Shown here piece by piece: positions 8,266 through 17,653 of a stretch of DNA of 64,000 nt. The stretch lies in assembly GCA_016432645.1 (NCBI GenBank), contig CP066698.1, forward strand, positions 517,062-581,061, given 5' to 3'. The translations under genes were made by a program, and so were the position numbers. The notes beneath the pieces were generated by a model, which saw only the letters and a program-made list of their open reading frames with translations, did not search any database and was not told the DNA's origin. The stretch is from Candidatus Falkowbacteria bacterium (lineage in GTDB: Bacteria; Patescibacteriota; Patescibacteriia; Patescibacteriales; UBA12465). How positions within the stretch are numbered: position 1 is the first letter of the stretch; each line of letters opens with the position of its first letter.

Positions 8266-8865
8266 TTAGAGTATTTTAATCACTATAAAATCCCCTTCTT
8301 CCAAAGCATGAACTGGTAAAGATTTATCACCATATTCAACCAATTCTTGATGAGCCTGTTCCCAATTTATTGGACCACGAGGATCATTACTGCCAAATTC
8401 TGACTTATAATGAGGAATAAATTTAATCGGTAAAATGCCGAGCCCATCTAAACATTTACGCCAATCACAAGTCCAAAAATGCTTAACTAGAGCGTCCGAG
8501 CCGGCCGAACTGCCGGCAACAACTTTATCTTGCCAAATAGCCGGCAAATCATATTGTTTTAGATAATGAAGCAATAAATTATCGTCTCCGCCGTGTATTA
8601 AAACCGCATCGCTCTGCTTTAATTGGTCAGTAAATTTTTCCGGAATCGCTAATTCAATCTTCGGAGCAACGCCATCAGCCATGGACTCTAAAAAACGACT
8701 GGTATAATCAGCAAATTTCTCCTCCCAACGCTCGCGCGGCGTAGCAAAAAAACAAAACAAAATACGAGGGGCATTTCCCAAACATTTAACCACCTCTAAA
8801 TTAAACTCCCTAGCTTTTTCCGGATGATTTCTTAGCCCGCCGGAATTAAGAATATATTTTGTCAT
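8266..8865 (-). CDS. Peptidase S51 (dipeptidase E-like) family protein
   Basis: IHGGDDNLL and the GSSAGS nucleophile elbow motif. Confidence 0.6.
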   Translation of the reverse strand: MTKYILNSGGLRNHPEKAREFNLEVVKCLGNAPRILFCFFATPRERWEEKFADYTSRFLESMADGVAPKIELAIPEKFTDQLKQSDAVLIHGGDDNLLLHYLKQYDLPAIWQDKVVAGSSAGSDALVKHFWTCDWRKCLDGLGILPIKFIPHYKSEFGSNDPRGPINWEQAHQELVEYGDKSLPVHALEEGDFIVIKIL

Positions 8866-8873
8866 ATAACAAA

Positions 8874-9536
8874 TTATTGGAGCCCCTTAACTTCCTGCCA
8901 AAATCTTTTAAAATAAGCGACCATAAAATTATGCCGCTCTTTAGCAATTTTTTTTCCTGTTTTAGTTAAAATTTTATTCTTGATGTTTTTTAATTTGAAT
9001 TCATATTCCATAATGGCCGTATCATCAACAGTATAAGAATAATCTTTTTTTGATTTGACAAGCTCTTTTTCATTTCCAGTATACAAGGCGTGTTGCAAAT
9101 AACCGGCAAAAAGAAAGGAGCGGCTGATACCGACGGCCCCGATTGAATCTAATTTATCGGCATCAAATAAAACTTTAGCTTCAATAGTTTTGGGAATATT
9201 TTGATTCCGATACCGATGGCTAATAATACAATGAAGGATATTATCGATTGATTTTTGATCTATCTGATATCTATTAAGAATCTTAGCCGCAAGCTCCGCC
9301 CCTTTTTCCGCGTGGCAAAATTTTCCTCGACTCTTCATTTCTTCCTTGCGACCGATATCATGCAATAAGGCCGCGACGGTTAAAACCGCTAAATCCGCTT
9401 TTTCCCGCTTACCAATACGCGAAGCTAAATTAAACACCCGCTCCACATGAGACCAATCATGACAGCCGCTGGCACCAACAAAAAACTTCTTAGCCTCAAT
9501 TTCTATCTGTTTAATTATTTCTTTACTGATTTTCAT
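8874..9536 (-). CDS. HD-domain phosphohydrolase
   Basis: Motifs HDWSHVERV, LHDIGR and DADKLD. Confidence 0.75.
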   Translation of the reverse strand: MKISKEIIKQIEIEAKKFFVGASGCHDWSHVERVFNLASRIGKREKADLAVLTVAALLHDIGRKEEMKSRGKFCHAEKGAELAAKILNRYQIDQKSIDNILHCIISHRYRNQNIPKTIEAKVLFDADKLDSIGAVGISRSFLFAGYLQHALYTGNEKELVKSKKDYSYTVDDTAIMEYEFKLKNIKNKILTKTGKKIAKERHNFMVAYFKRFWQEVKGLQ

Positions 9537-9595
9537 ATAAATAATATAAGGGAATTACCTAAAATAAACTTTATTCCATTATAACATATATTGAT

Positions 9596-9715
9596 GGCTG
9601 CGGGGATTCGGTCACGGTCGCTAAGTCTCGCTTCCTCGCTTCGCTCGTCGCTCACTAAGCGCCCCGACCCGGCCTCGCCCGTGCACAAGTGCACATAGGC
9701 TCCGGCATTCGAATT
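9596..9715. other. GC-rich ~120-nt island of unknown nature in an AT-rich spacer
   Basis: Visibly GC-rich. Contains gtgcac-aa-gtgcac (9681-9694) and the stem cgctaagt (9619-9626) / actaagcg (9654-9661) around a 27-nt C/U-rich loop. Confidence 0.3.
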
Positions 9716-9734
9716 CCCTTTCCTATTTTCTGCA

Positions 9735-9768
9735 AACAAAAAACCCAAAGCAATTTGGGTTTTTTGTT
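9735..9768 (-). terminator. Bidirectional intrinsic terminator after tRNA-Ser(GCU)
   Basis: acccaaa-gcaa-tttgggt is flanked by an A-run and a T-run. Confidence 0.65.
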
Positions 9769-9861
9769 TGGCGGAGAGGCGGGGATTCGAACCCCGGATA
9801 GAAGTTAGACTCCTATAACAGGTTAGCAACCTGCCGCTTTCGACCGCTCAGCCACCTCTCC
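9769..9861 (-). tRNA. tRNA-Ser (anticodon GCU), CCA encoded
   Basis: Minus strand reads ggagagg..., anticodon loop ttgctaa, a long variable arm, T-arm ggggttcgaatcccc, then cctctccgcca. Confidence 0.9.
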
Positions 9862-9911
9862 ATAAATATTCAATTGTTGTCCCGCTCTCTAATTAACTTT
9901 AGTAAGTGCCA

Positions 9912-9937
9912 CTTTCGACCGCTCAGCCACCTCTCCA
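9912..9937 (-). repeat. 26-nt duplicate of the 5' part of tRNA-Ser(GCU)
   Basis: ctttcgaccgctcagccacctctcca at 9912-9937 is identical to 9837-9862 (tRNA positions ~1-25), 49 bp away. Confidence 0.7.
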
Positions 9938-10001
9938 ATTGTTTTTAATTCTATGGTATAATCACTATATAAAATATACAAACCCTTGTCAAACAAAAAA
10001 T

Positions 10002-10520
10002 ATGGCCGAAAATAACTTAAAATCTCTAAAATGGCAAGTACCGGAATATCATACTCCGGAGAGAAGTAAATCGTGGTATATCATCGCATTTTCTTTCATT
10101 GCCATCAGTTTATTTTTTTGTTTTTTTACCATTTCCAATTGGCGCTTAGAATTTCTGGGCTATAATGGTAACTTCCTATTTGCCCTAATTTTAATCATGG
10201 CCGCCATTATTACCCTAATTAACGAGAGTCGGCCGCCATTAATCGTAGACGTAGAAATCGGTCCTGAGGGGGTAAAAATTGGCGCTAAATTTTTTGACTA
10301 CGATGAAATTAAAAATTTTTCCGTCCTCTACAAACCTAAACAAAGCGTTAAAAGCATGTATCTGGAATTTAAGAATTCTATGCGTCCGCGTTTAGCCATT
10401 CCCCTGCGCCGCATGGACGCCCTAACCGTTCGCAATTATTTAGTAAGATATTTAGATGAAGATTTAGAGCGAACCAACCCGCCGCTATCCGAACAGTTGA
10501 CTAAACTGCTAAAATTATAA
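10002..10520 (+). CDS. Hypothetical membrane protein
   Basis: ATG at 10002 (MAENNLKSL...) is preferred over the track start 9906, which would run through the tRNA fragment. Two TM helices. An extended -10 TGgTATAAT lies upstream. Confidence 0.5.
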   Translation: MAENNLKSLKWQVPEYHTPERSKSWYIIAFSFIAISLFFCFFTISNWRLEFLGYNGNFLFALILIMAAIITLINESRPPLIVDVEIGPEGVKIGAKFFDYDEIKNFSVLYKPKQSVKSMYLEFKNSMRPRLAIPLRRMDALTVRNYLVRYLDEDLERTNPPLSEQLTKLLKL

Positions 10521-10541
10521 TAAGATAGGAGCAGTTTTAAG

Positions 10542-10616
10542 GCACTCATCGTTCAACGGATAGGACGCGAGCTTGCGGAGCTTGAAATCCAGGTTCGATT
10601 CCTGGTGGGTGCACCA
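10542..10616 (+). tRNA. tRNA-Arg, anticodon read as GCG; CCA encoded
   Basis: Acceptor gcactca/tgggtgc, D-arm gttc/ggac, anticodon stem cgagc/gcttg with loop ttgcgga, T-arm ccagg-ttcgatt-cctgg. Confidence 0.8.
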
Positions 10617-10632
10617 ATAGGGATTAATTGTC

Positions 10633-12669
10633 ATGATTAATTTATCCTCAAAAATATCCGATTTGTCCCGCGTTGGGAAGGTCGGAGCCAAACTTCTAAA
10701 AAAGCTCGGTCTGGAGAATATCCAAGACCTGCTTTTTTATTTACCTTTTCGTTATGACGATTTTAGCCTAATTTCTAAAATTGGCGATTTACAAGTTGGG
10801 CAAACAACTAATGTCCGCGGGGAGATTCAATTGATTCAAAACAAGCGCAGCTTCAAAAGAAAAATAAATATCACCGAAGCGCTAGTCAGTGACGAAACTG
10901 ATTCTCTAAAAATTATTTGGTTCAATCAGCCCTTCCTAACTAAAAATCTTAAACCCGGAGACTTAGTATCTTTAGCCGGGCGCGTTTCCGAAAGCCAAGG
11001 CCAATTGACCATGATTTCACCGCAATATGAAAAAGTTTATGGCTCGGACTTAGTTCATACTCAAGGCCTAATCCCTAACTATCATTTAACCGAAGGCTTA
11101 ACCCAAAAACAACTGCGTTATTTTATAAAACAAATAATCACGCTCACGGATGCGGTGCCAGAGTGGTTGCCGTTGGATATTATAAAAAAAATTGGACTAA
11201 TTAATTTAGCGGCGGCTCTACAAAAAATTCACTTCCCTAAAAATCAACAAGATATTGAGGTAGCGCGGCGACGTCTCGCATTTTCAGAACTATTTTTACG
11301 CCAATTAAAATCACAAATGATTAAAAAAGAAATTAGCGCCCGCCAAGCGATTTCTATTAAATTTCAAGAAGCGGCCACCAAGAATTTTGTCGGTGGACTG
11401 CCCTTTCAATTAACGGATGACCAGAAAAAAGCCGCTTGGGAAATAATTAAAGATTTAGAAAAAGCGCGGCCGATGAGCCGCTTGCTGGAAGGCGATGTCG
11501 GCAGTGGCAAAACCGTAGTGGCGGCGATGGCGATGTTTAATGTAGTAATTAATAAAAAGAAGGCGGCTTTAATGGCCCCAACGGAAATCTTAGCCGAACA
11601 ACATTTTAACTCTTTAAGCGGTCTATTTAAAAATTCTGATTTCAAAATCGCTCTCTTAACCGGCACCAAAAAAGTTAAAGATGTAAATGAGTTTGATATT
11701 ATTGTCGGTACCCACGCTATTATTCAAAAAAATGTAAATATTGAAAATCTCGCCCTAGCTATTGTGGACGAACAGCACCGCTTCGGCGTTAACCAGCGCC
11801 AACAAATAATAGATTTCAATAAAAAAGATAATTCGGTGCCTCATTTCTTGTCATTAACCGCCACCCCGATTCCCCGCTCGCTAGCGCTCGCTATTTATGG
11901 CGATTTAGATTTATCAATCATCAAGGCTCTGCCAAAAAATCGCAAACCGATAATTACTAAATTGGTAAAAGAAGCTGAACGGAAAAAAGCATATAGCTTT
12001 ATCGGGGAGCAAATAAAATCCGGCCGCCAAATTTTTGTCATTTGTCCGCTGATAGACGAATCAGATAATTTAGAAACTAAATCTGTTAAGGCCGAGCAAA
12101 AAAGATTGGCTGAAGATATTTTTCCGGAATTTAAAGTCGGCTTACTGCACGGCAAAATGAAGGCCGCAGACAAGGACGCAACCATGAAAAAGTTCTTAAA
12201 TAAAGAAATTAATATTTTAGTTTCTACTTCCGTCATTGAAGTCGGAATTGATGTTCCCAACGCCTCAGTTATTATAATTGAAGGCGCGGAGCGTTTTGGT
12301 TTAGCCCAACTCCATCAATTTAGGGGGCGCGTCGGCCGCAGTGAACATCAATCATACTGTTTACTCTTCCCCTCAAAAGAAGAAAACAACAGCGACAAGA
12401 CAATGGACCGGCTGAGCGCTCTAGAAAAATATCATGACGGTTTTATGCTAGCGAAAATTGATTTGAAAATGCGGGGTGCCGGAGAAATTTACGGAGCAAC
12501 ACAAAGTGGCTTCCCAGAATTACAAATTGCCTCCTTATTTGACTATGAACTGATTAAAAAATCTTCTGAAGAGGCGGCAGAAATAATTAAAATTGATCCG
12601 GATTTAAAAAAACATCCGCTCCTGCGCGAGAAGCTCGGCGAATGGGAAATGAAGATACATTTAGAATAA
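10633..12669 (+). CDS. recG: ATP-dependent DNA helicase RecG
   Basis: Wedge domain plus helicase motifs GDVGSGKT, DEQHRFGV, TATPIPRSL and QLHQFRGRVGR. Confidence 0.9.
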   Translation: MINLSSKISDLSRVGKVGAKLLKKLGLENIQDLLFYLPFRYDDFSLISKIGDLQVGQTTNVRGEIQLIQNKRSFKRKINITEALVSDETDSLKIIWFNQPFLTKNLKPGDLVSLAGRVSESQGQLTMISPQYEKVYGSDLVHTQGLIPNYHLTEGLTQKQLRYFIKQIITLTDAVPEWLPLDIIKKIGLINLAAALQKIHFPKNQQDIEVARRRLAFSELFLRQLKSQMIKKEISARQAISIKFQEAATKNFVGGLPFQLTDDQKKAAWEIIKDLEKARPMSRLLEGDVGSGKTVVAAMAMFNVVINKKKAALMAPTEILAEQHFNSLSGLFKNSDFKIALLTGTKKVKDVNEFDIIVGTHAIIQKNVNIENLALAIVDEQHRFGVNQRQQIIDFNKKDNSVPHFLSLTATPIPRSLALAIYGDLDLSIIKALPKNRKPIITKLVKEAERKKAYSFIGEQIKSGRQIFVICPLIDESDNLETKSVKAEQKRLAEDIFPEFKVGLLHGKMKAADKDATMKKFLNKEINILVSTSVIEVGIDVPNASVIIIEGAERFGLAQLHQFRGRVGRSEHQSYCLLFPSKEENNSDKTMDRLSALEKYHDGFMLAKIDLKMRGAGEIYGATQSGFPELQIASLFDYELIKKSSEEAAEIIKIDPDLKKHPLLREKLGEWEMKIHLE

Positions 12670-12692
12670 TTAAGAAACCTAATTTGGATAAG

Positions 12693-12724
12693 AAAAAAAG
12701 CATCTTTTGAGGGATGCTTTTTTG
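12693..12724. terminator. Bidirectional terminator between convergent genes
   Basis: aaaaaaa-gcatc-ttttgagg-gatgc-tttttt. Confidence 0.6.
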
Positions 12725-12740
12725 TAAGACTTTTATAGTC

Positions 12741-13148
12741 TTACTGAGCTTTTGGTTCGGCCGAATTGGTTTGGTTGTGATGCTTCTCTTTATAGACAAA
12801 CATCCAAACTGTAGTAATGGTTATAAATAACCATACAAGAGCCAATACGGGACAAGCCACGGAAAAATCTCGGAGCCAGTCTACCATACTACCTTCATCA
12901 GCCTTAAACCCAGAGACAAAAAATGCGCCGCCGGCAATAACTATCCAGGCAAAACCAAGGAAACCTATTATCCAATACGTTATCAGCGCAGTGCCAAAAA
13001 CTTTTTCCACGGTTGGGTGGTCCAAAATAGCTCTTACGAGACCTTTAAAGGCTTTTTTTAACTTCAACATTTTCTTAGAAATACGAGACAATTCTGATGA
13101 TTTCATTTGATATGATTTTAAAGTGAATTTCAAAGTACTAAAAAGCAT
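12741..13148 (-). CDS. Hypothetical membrane protein
   Basis: 135-aa ORF with three hydrophobic helices. The start is uncertain. Confidence 0.45.
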   Translation of the reverse strand: MLFSTLKFTLKSYQMKSSELSRISKKMLKLKKAFKGLVRAILDHPTVEKVFGTALITYWIIGFLGFAWIVIAGGAFFVSGFKADEGSMVDWLRDFSVACPVLALVWLFITITTVWMFVYKEKHHNQTNSAEPKAQ

Positions 13149-13219
13149 TATAGCACACTTTTAAACTATTGTCAATACTAAAGAAATGTGGTGCTTTTTA
13201 AGGCCAAAATTAGCCTTAC

Positions 13220-13248
13220 TTGACAATTAGCGTTTTGTGTAGTATGAT
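13220..13248 (+). promoter_or_regulatory. Sigma70-type promoter
   Basis: TTGACA (13220-13225), a 17-nt spacer, then TATGAT (13243-13248), upstream of the 13293 ORF. Confidence 0.5.
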
Positions 13249-13292
13249 GGTTTTATCTTTTTAAACTTTCATTAACAATAAAAACTCAAAAA

Positions 13293-13595
13293 ATGAGCAA
13301 AGACACGATTGTAGCCGCAATTAATGGCGGTAATGGTAAAAAAGTACAAGGAGTAGTTAGTGGATTCAAGACCACTGATGGGAAAAATGTATTTGTGGAG
13401 TTTACTGAGCAAAAAAGTAGCTCCCCTCAAGATGTACATTTTGACAAAGTCCAGTGGCCTCACCACAAAGCGGCAACAGCCGCACAAACACAAAAAACAA
13501 AAACCCTGGACTCCTGGCGTCCAACCAATGGCATTAACAGTGCCGAACAACTGCTCCATCAGGACGAAGTCGCCGAATTTTTTCCCGCCGACTAA
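13293..13595 (+). CDS. Hypothetical protein
   Basis: 100-aa ORF with its own promoter and terminator. No motif recognised. Confidence 0.45.
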   Translation: MSKDTIVAAINGGNGKKVQGVVSGFKTTDGKNVFVEFTEQKSSSPQDVHFDKVQWPHHKAATAAQTQKTKTLDSWRPTNGINSAEQLLHQDEVAEFFPAD

Positions 13596-13614
13596 AAGCC
13601 AAAAACAAACAAAA

Positions 13615-13652
13615 CAAAAAAGCGAATCAGCTCAAGATTCGCTTTTCTTTTT
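13615..13652. terminator. Bidirectional terminator
   Basis: An A-run, gcgaatc-agctcaa-gattcgc, then ttttcttttt. Confidence 0.6.
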
Positions 13653-13669
13653 GCCTAATCAATTTTAAA

Positions 13670-15016
13670 TTATTTTATAAATTCCAATAATTCATCCAAA
13701 TTTTTAATCTTTATTAATTTTAATTTTCCGGCTTTAACATCGGCATTAGGAACCAGGGCGGCTTTAAATCCTAAACGCTCTGCTTCTTTTAATCTTTCTT
13801 CCAAGCGGAAAATATTGCGCACTTCCCCGCCTAAGCCGACTTCTCCCAAAACAATCGTATCGCGCTTAAATGGTTTGTTTAAATAAGATGACATAATCGC
13901 CGCGACGGCTGCTAAATCTAAAGCCGGATCGGCAATCCGCAATCCGCCGGCCACATTTAAAATTATATCTTGAGCAAGTAAATTTACTTTAGTGCGTTTA
14001 GAAATCACCGCACCTAAAACTTGCAAACGATTCAAATCAAAGCCGCTGGCCTTGCGTTGCGGATAACCAAAAGCGGTCTTAGAAACTAAAGCTTGTAAAT
14101 CAATCATGAAAGGGCGCGTCCCCTCAATCACGCAGCCCAAAACCGAACCGGAAATATCGCCACTCTCCGTTTCAATAAAAACCGCGCCGGGATTTTTGAC
14201 TTCTTTAAATCCCAAACCAGTCATCTCCAATACCCCTAATTCATTAACGGAACCGAATCTATTTTTAGTAGAGCGTAATAAAGAATAATTATGACTCGTT
14301 TCCGCTTCTAAAGATAAAACGGTATCAACGATATGTTCTAAAGATTTCGGACCGGCAATCTGGCCGTCTTTGGTAATATGGCCAATCAATAGAACGGCGA
14401 TATCATTTTCTTTGGCGAGCTCCAAAAATTTAACGGCGGTTGCGCGAATCTGGCTGATACCGCCGGCTTCAGAAATCACCTGATTGGAATAAACTGTCTG
14501 GATAGAATCAACGATTAAAATATCGGGCTTAGCGTTTTTGGCAGCCGCCACAATTTTCTCCACGTTCGTTTCGGAAATGAATTTTAAATTATCCAAATTA
14601 CAATTCAATCTATCCAAACGGCTTTTCACTTGCGCCGCCGATTCTTCGCCGCTCGCGTAAATAACCGCTAATTTACTTACTGGTCCACCGGCAATCTGGG
14701 CGACTAAAGTTGACTTGCCAATTCCTGGTTCGCCGCTTAATAAAACTAGCGACCCGGGAACTAAACCGCCACCCAAAACCCTATCTACCTCCTCTAAACC
14801 GGTCGATAAACGTTTTAGAGTGCCGGCTTTAATTGTTCGCAAATCCAAAACGTTGGCCGCGCCCGCTTTCTTAGCTTCGGCAGCTTTTTCTTGATGGCTG
14901 TCAACAACTTGCTCGCTCAAGGTTCCCCAGGCGCCACATTCCAAACAACGCCCGTTCCATTTCGGAAACTGGGCGTCGCAATTTGCACAAATAAAGATTG
15001 ATTTGATGGCGGGCAT
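13670..15016 (-). CDS. radA: DNA repair protein RadA/Sms
   Basis: N-terminal zinc finger CANCDAQFPKWNGRCLECGAW, Walker A GEPGIGKST, KNRFG and a Lon-like C-terminal domain. Confidence 0.9.
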   Translation of the reverse strand: MPAIKSIFICANCDAQFPKWNGRCLECGAWGTLSEQVVDSHQEKAAEAKKAGAANVLDLRTIKAGTLKRLSTGLEEVDRVLGGGLVPGSLVLLSGEPGIGKSTLVAQIAGGPVSKLAVIYASGEESAAQVKSRLDRLNCNLDNLKFISETNVEKIVAAAKNAKPDILIVDSIQTVYSNQVISEAGGISQIRATAVKFLELAKENDIAVLLIGHITKDGQIAGPKSLEHIVDTVLSLEAETSHNYSLLRSTKNRFGSVNELGVLEMTGLGFKEVKNPGAVFIETESGDISGSVLGCVIEGTRPFMIDLQALVSKTAFGYPQRKASGFDLNRLQVLGAVISKRTKVNLLAQDIILNVAGGLRIADPALDLAAVAAIMSSYLNKPFKRDTIVLGEVGLGGEVRNIFRLEERLKEAERLGFKAALVPNADVKAGKLKLIKIKNLDELLEFIK

Positions 15017-15055
15017 AATTCTATTATTACATATTCTACCTAAACTGCGGTTAAA

Positions 15056-15691
15056 TTATTTTTTGCTTTGCCAGACCGCTTTATCAACCAGCCATTCGCC
15101 GTTAACTTTCTTTAAAGAAATGGCGATATCTTGATTAAAGGCGCTGCTTTCTGAACCCTCGCCGATGCTTTCGCGGCGGGCGGTAGAAATGGTAATTTGG
15201 GCGGTACCGGCTTTTTCGTCATAAGCCGAAGCTTTGCCGGTAATGGCCGTGGTCGTAATTCCATAATAAGCATCACCGTCTTTAGCGGCCGCTCTTAGAC
15301 CGGCGACATATTCATCAGCCCAAGTTTTCATACTACTGGTCATAAAAATCTGCAAATCGGAAAAGTTGCTAAAGTTAGAATAGTTAGAATAGGAACCGAA
15401 TCTTTCCGCAAAGGCTTCCGCAATTTTTACCAAATCAGCTTCACCTGATTTATAAGAACCAGCTTGGCTTAAATCATATTGCTGATAATTACGAGGTTTG
15501 TCGCCAGGGGTAGTTGTCGGGGTAACCTCGCCATCAGGTAAATTATTAATGACGGCTGGAGTCTCATTATTAATTGGAGTTACTGTCGGCTCGTCAGCCC
15601 CGTAAAAAAAACTAAAATAAATAACTAGGCCCAAGAGGATAAGCCCTAAAATAATGATAAATACTCCTAAAGATTTACGATTTGTTTGCAT
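15056..15691 (-). CDS. Hypothetical membrane-anchored extracytoplasmic protein
   Basis: N-terminal TM helix followed by a Thr/Pro-rich linker and a globular domain. Confidence 0.45.
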   Translation of the reverse strand: MQTNRKSLGVFIIILGLILLGLVIYFSFFYGADEPTVTPINNETPAVINNLPDGEVTPTTTPGDKPRNYQQYDLSQAGSYKSGEADLVKIAEAFAERFGSYSNYSNFSNFSDLQIFMTSSMKTWADEYVAGLRAAAKDGDAYYGITTTAITGKASAYDEKAGTAQITISTARRESIGEGSESSAFNQDIAISLKKVNGEWLVDKAVWQSKK

Positions 15692-15735
15692 ATTTTTAAA
15701 ATTTATTGTTGAAACTCATTATTGCTTTAAAAATT

Positions 15736-17640
15736 TTAAACTTGAACGCCTTCTTGTTCCTGCTGGCTTTCGTCAAATTCTTTTTTAGCTTCTTCCAGCT
15801 CTAGCAGCTGGCGCGGATCAGAGGTAATCAACTGATCTTCCGTATAAGAAGCGACGACTTTCATGGCCACATGCTTATTGCCGGCAAAGAAAATCCCCTC
15901 CCCAATTCCGCATTCCAATAATAGATAGCGCTCGCCTTCGGTTAAAATAAAAGTTTTCTGAATTAAATCAATAGCGGCCGGCGATTGCTTTAATAAAATT
16001 TGCAAAGAAGAATTATTAACAATCGCTTGTCCATAAGGAGAAGTTAAAAAGTCATTCACGTCCTGAGTAATAGTAGTCACTCCCAAATAATATTTACGGC
16101 AACGCTTAACGAGTGCAAAAATAAATTTAGCTGAGTCTTCATGTTGCATCATCCACCAGGCTTCGTCAATTACCAAAACCCGCTTTTTCATTTCACTCCG
16201 AACAACATTCCAAATATAATTGACAATAGTGTAAATGGCCATCGGGCGCAATTCATCTTCCAAATCGCGCACCGAAAAACAAACCAACTGATTATTCATC
16301 TCAACATTGGTTGGGGCATTCAATAGCCCGGCAAAAGTGCCCTGGGTATACTTCCGCAAACGTAAAGCTAATTCATTTCCACCTTCCATGCCATCCAAAA
16401 CTTGCTCCAAATCAGACATTACCGGCGGTTCTATCTTAGACAAATCAGAATCTGGAGTAATATCTTTTTTGGCATAAGTTTCCAATAAGGCCCGGTCAAC
16501 AATTGAATCTTCGTCATAGCTTAAATTGCCAAGCATCAAACGCACTAAACCTTTGAGCGTAATGACGGCGCTACGGATAATATCTTTAGGGCGCGCTTCG
16601 CCGCCGATAGAACGCGGCAAATCAAAAGGATTGATTTTATTTTCGCTGGCGAGCGAAATATTAATATAAGTGCCGCCGACTGCTTCGGCTAAATGCTTGT
16701 ATTCATACTCCGGGTCAATAACAATCACTTCAGTGCCTAACATCAAGGAGCGCAAAATCTCCAATTTGATGGCGTAACTTTTACCGGCGCCGGAGGTCGC
16801 AAACACTACTGAATTGGCATTTTGCAGAGAAAAGCGGTCAAATAAAATCAAACTATTATTATGGCGGTTGATGCCATAAAGAATGCCGCGGTCGCTGGTA
16901 AGTTCACTGGAGATAAAAGGAAAAGACGAGGCAATAGGCGATGAATTCATGTTAAAAGCGATATAAAGCTCATCGTTACCGAGCGGCAAAGTGGAATTAA
17001 AGCCTTGTTCCGCCTGATAATAAACCCGGCGGGAATAAACCAAGCGCGACCCAAAAATATCTTCCACTTGATCGGAGACTCTATCTAAATCTTCGAGATT
17101 ATCGGCATAAATTGTAACATACAAGGCAAATTGAAAAAACTTCTCCGTTCCCTGAGTAAGTGCGTCTCGCAAATATTCAATATCGCGCAAAGCGGTTTCA
17201 CGCAGCGGATCGCGAGCGGCGCCTTTTTCGGCATCGGAAATAATCTGGGCTTCCAAAGCACCGACTTTATTCTTTAATTGTTTTAAAATAATGGCGCTGT
17301 TAACCGGATAAAAGAACATGGAAATATCAAAAGTCAGGTTAAGATTAATAATCGGCGCAAACCAACCGATGGAAATATAGCGCGGATAGCTAATGACAAA
17401 AATAGTGCGCAAAAATTTATCGCCCAGATAAAGATGATTCGGATTAACCTTAAGGCTGGCCGGCGCAATAATATCTTTAACGGATAAAACGCCGCGCCGA
17501 AAAGCCTTTTCTTCTTCAATCACTTCCCTAGTTAAAACCGGGTCCGCTTCAATTTCCGGCGCCGACGGTTTTTGGCTGAGAGTAATCGGCGTCTGCATGG
17601 TTATTTTTTCGCCCTTTTCTTGTTTATTGAAATTTATCAT
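15736..17640 (-). CDS. VirB4/TrbE-like T4SS ATPase
   Basis: Walker A TSGAGKSYAIK and Walker B VLVIDEAWWMM. Size and layout match VirB4-family ATPases. The real start may be the internal MQTPITL. Confidence 0.8.
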   Translation of the reverse strand: MINFNKQEKGEKITMQTPITLSQKPSAPEIEADPVLTREVIEEEKAFRRGVLSVKDIIAPASLKVNPNHLYLGDKFLRTIFVISYPRYISIGWFAPIINLNLTFDISMFFYPVNSAIILKQLKNKVGALEAQIISDAEKGAARDPLRETALRDIEYLRDALTQGTEKFFQFALYVTIYADNLEDLDRVSDQVEDIFGSRLVYSRRVYYQAEQGFNSTLPLGNDELYIAFNMNSSPIASSFPFISSELTSDRGILYGINRHNNSLILFDRFSLQNANSVVFATSGAGKSYAIKLEILRSLMLGTEVIVIDPEYEYKHLAEAVGGTYINISLASENKINPFDLPRSIGGEARPKDIIRSAVITLKGLVRLMLGNLSYDEDSIVDRALLETYAKKDITPDSDLSKIEPPVMSDLEQVLDGMEGGNELALRLRKYTQGTFAGLLNAPTNVEMNNQLVCFSVRDLEDELRPMAIYTIVNYIWNVVRSEMKKRVLVIDEAWWMMQHEDSAKFIFALVKRCRKYYLGVTTITQDVNDFLTSPYGQAIVNNSSLQILLKQSPAAIDLIQKTFILTEGERYLLLECGIGEGIFFAGNKHVAMKVVASYTEDQLITSDPRQLLELEEAKKEFDESQQEQEGVQV

Positions 17641-17653
17641 ATAGCCGCTAGCA

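Noticed and set aside
9533-9829. 98-aa ORF in the track
   Set aside because: It overlaps tRNA-Ser(GCU), its terminator and the GC-rich island, and has no start context or recognisable motif. It is most likely spurious.
9906-10001. The upstream extension of ORF 9906-10520
   Set aside because: The extension translates the duplicated tRNA fragment and promoter region (TGgTATAAT). The ATG at 10002 is the more plausible start.
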